Positions 61,650-64,000 of a stretch of DNA of 64,000 nucleotides are shown in pieces (position 1 is the stretch's first letter; every line of letters begins with the position of its first letter). The position numbers were made by a program, and so were the translations under genes. The DNA is from Mobula birostris (Eukaryota), in the NCBI RefSeq assembly GCF_030028105.1, contig NC_092371.1, positions 14,095,884 to 14,159,883 of the forward strand, written 5' to 3'. The notes beneath the pieces are model-generated. The model ran no database searches. It was not told the origin of the DNA and saw only the letters and a list, made by a program, of their open reading frames with translations.

Positions 61650-63700
61650 ACCATAGGACCATAAGACACAGAGCAGAATTAGGCCTTCTGGCCCGACGAG
61701 TTTCCTCCGGCATTCAATCATTGCTGATCCTTTTTTAAATCTCCTCCTCAACCCAAATAAAAAAACCTGTCAATCTGTGCCTTAAATACACCCAACGACC
61801 CGGCCTCAACAGCCGCATATGGAAACAAATTCCACAAATTCAGCACCCTTTGTCGAAAGAAATTTCTCTGCATCTCTGTTTTGAAAGGGCGCCCCTGTAT
61901 TCTGAGGCTGTGCCCATTTGTCCTAGATTCACCCACCATGGGACACATCCTTTCCACTATCTCTAGGCCTTTCAACATTCGAAAGGTTTCAATGAGATCC
62001 CCCCTCATCCTTCTGAATTCCAGCAAGTACAGACCCAGAGCCTTCCACGTATGATAACCCTTTCATTCCTGGAATCATCATTGTGAACCTCCTGTGGATC
62101 GTCTCCAATGACAGCACATCCTTTCTGAGATGAAGGGCCCGCGCTCTTGTATTCTAGACCGCTTGAAATAAATGCCAACGTAGCATTTGCCTTCCTCATC
62201 ACCGACTCAAACTGAAAGTAAACTTCAGAATGTTCTGCTCAGGGACTTCCAAGTCCCTCTGCATCTCAGGTTCTTCGATTTTCCCACCGTTTAGAAAATA
62301 GACCGCACGTTTATTTCTACTACCCAAAGAGCATGACAATGCATTTTGCAGTATTGTATTTCATTTGCTACTTTCTTGCCCATTCTCCTAACCTGACTAA
62401 GTCCTTTTCTCAACACTACCTGTCCCTACACCAATCTTCTTACCATTTGCAAAATTGGCGACAAAGCCATCTATTCCATCAACTAAGTCACTTATGTACA
62501 GCATAAAACGAAGTGTTCCCAACACCGACCCCTGCGGAACACCACTAGTCACTGGCAGCCAACCAGAAAAGGATTATTGTATTCCTACTCGCTGCCTCCG
62601 ACAAATCAGCCAATGTTCTAACCATGTTACTAACTTTCCTGTAATACCATGGGCTCTTAACTTGGTTAGCAGCCTCATGTGTGGCACCTTGTTAAGGGTC
62701 TTCTGAAAGTCCAAATATACAACATCTATTGCATCCCCTTTATCCTACTGGCAATCTCAAAGAATTCCAAGAGGTTCGTCAGGCAGGATTTTCCCTGAAG
62801 GAACGGATACTGATTTTGTCCTATGTTGTCCTATGTCACCAAGTAGTCCATCACCTCATCCTTAACAATTGACTCTGACATCTTCTCAAACACTAAGGTC
62901 AAGTTAACTAGTCTATAATTTCATTTCTGCTGCCTTCCTCCTTTCTTAAAGAGTGGAGTAAGATTTGAAATTTAACAGTCGTCTGGTACCATGTCAGAGT
63001 CCAATTATTTTTGAAAGATCATATTTCATGCCACCATAAACTCTAACACTTACCTGTTTCAGAACACTAGGGTGCAATTCCTCTGGTTCGGGTGACTGAT
63101 GTATATTTGGCACCTTCTCTCTTCCTTTACACACTACAACATCACTTACACTGCTTGCTTACTTGCTAGCTTGCTTTCATAATTCATCTTTTCCCTTCTA
63201 ATAATTCTTTTACGTTTCTCTCTGTAGGATTTTTAAAACTTTCCAATCCTTTATCTTCCCACTAATTTTTGCATTGTTGTATGCCCTTCCTTTTCTTTTT
63301 ACAATAGCTTTGGCTTTCCTTCTCAGCCATGCTTGCACTATTTTATCATTTGAGTATTTCTTCATTTTTGGAATACAAATGTCCTGCACCTTCTTCATTT
63401 CCCCCCAGAAACACATGTTATTGCTGGTCTCCCTGTTCCCCTCTCTATTGAGTTCCCTATCACTACCGCGCCTTTCTTCTCTCTCTTTTTCCCTTCGGCA
63501 CCACGGACCCATGCGAGGTGCCCGCAACCCGGTCGCTGTGGCATTCTTTCGGGTGGTCATCCTCCACAAAAGTATCCAAAGCGGTATACGTGTTTTTGAG
63601 GGCTATGGCTACAGGTGGCTCTGCTCTAACTGCCCATTTCCATTTCTCCTAACAGTCACACAGCTACTCGCCTCCTGCAACTTCGGGATGACTACTTCCC
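61650..63700 (-). mobile_element. CR1 (homolog of 4285-6350)
   Basis: MRGDLIETFRMLKGLE..; colinear with A. Confidence 0.88.
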
Positions 63701-64000
63701 TGTGACTTTGATCAATTATATCCCCGGTCTCTTCACATTAAGGAAGTGCCAGCTGATCATCCGGGAAACAGGGTTAGAAAACGTGATCGGCAAATCTCTT
63801 GGTTGAGCTCTTGGAAATCGTGTCATAACTTACGGAATGGATCGATTCGCAATCAGCGGACATGGTGCATGTTGATTATCAGCAGGCCGCCTGTGAAGTG
63901 AATCTCAAGAGTTGGCTTTAAAAAGAAATGCAGCTGTTCACAGTGTACATCCAAACAAATGGACAAGGGAACAAATTGTAATATTGCCATGTTTGTTGGT

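Larger units (their letters stand above)
57146..64000. repeat. Segmental tandem duplication unit C (partial; corresponds to A 1-6643)
   Basis: Colinear with A and B; the window end matches A about 6643 ('gccatgtttgttggt'). Confidence 0.95.

Noticed and set aside
1-64000. Repeated units as an assembly artefact
   Set aside because: Units differ by about 5-10% and have unit-specific insertions with target-site duplications and distinct deletions, consistent with true paralogs.

Overview
Repeat-rich cartilaginous-fish genomic DNA, probably a ray or skate (inferred from the light-chain type and repeat families). The window holds about 2.1 head-to-tail copies of a 26-31 kb segmental duplication: unit A 1-30842, unit B 30843-57145, and partial unit C 57146-64000. 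Units are mostly about 90-95% identical. Units A and B each carry one apparently intact immunoglobulin light-chain cluster of the sigma-cart/type I/NS5 class: variant-octamer promoter, leader exon, germline-joined VJ exon, C exon and polyA signal. The two genes share a nucleotide-identical CDR3 junction but diverge sharply in CDR1/FR2. A third gene is predicted about 1.8 kb past the window end. The rest is nested, decayed mobile DNA: CR1 LINEs (esterase ORF1, APE-RT ORF2), Rex1/Babar LINEs, Penelope-like elements with GIY-YIG domains and minimal hammerhead ribozyme motifs, Gypsy-type solo LTRs with an internal 32-bp minisatellite, and a Tc1 remnant. Unit C is a mosaic of A-like and B-like tracts, pointing to gene conversion or unequal exchange in the array. 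All counts and alignments were done by eye; family names come from motif recognition, not database searches.
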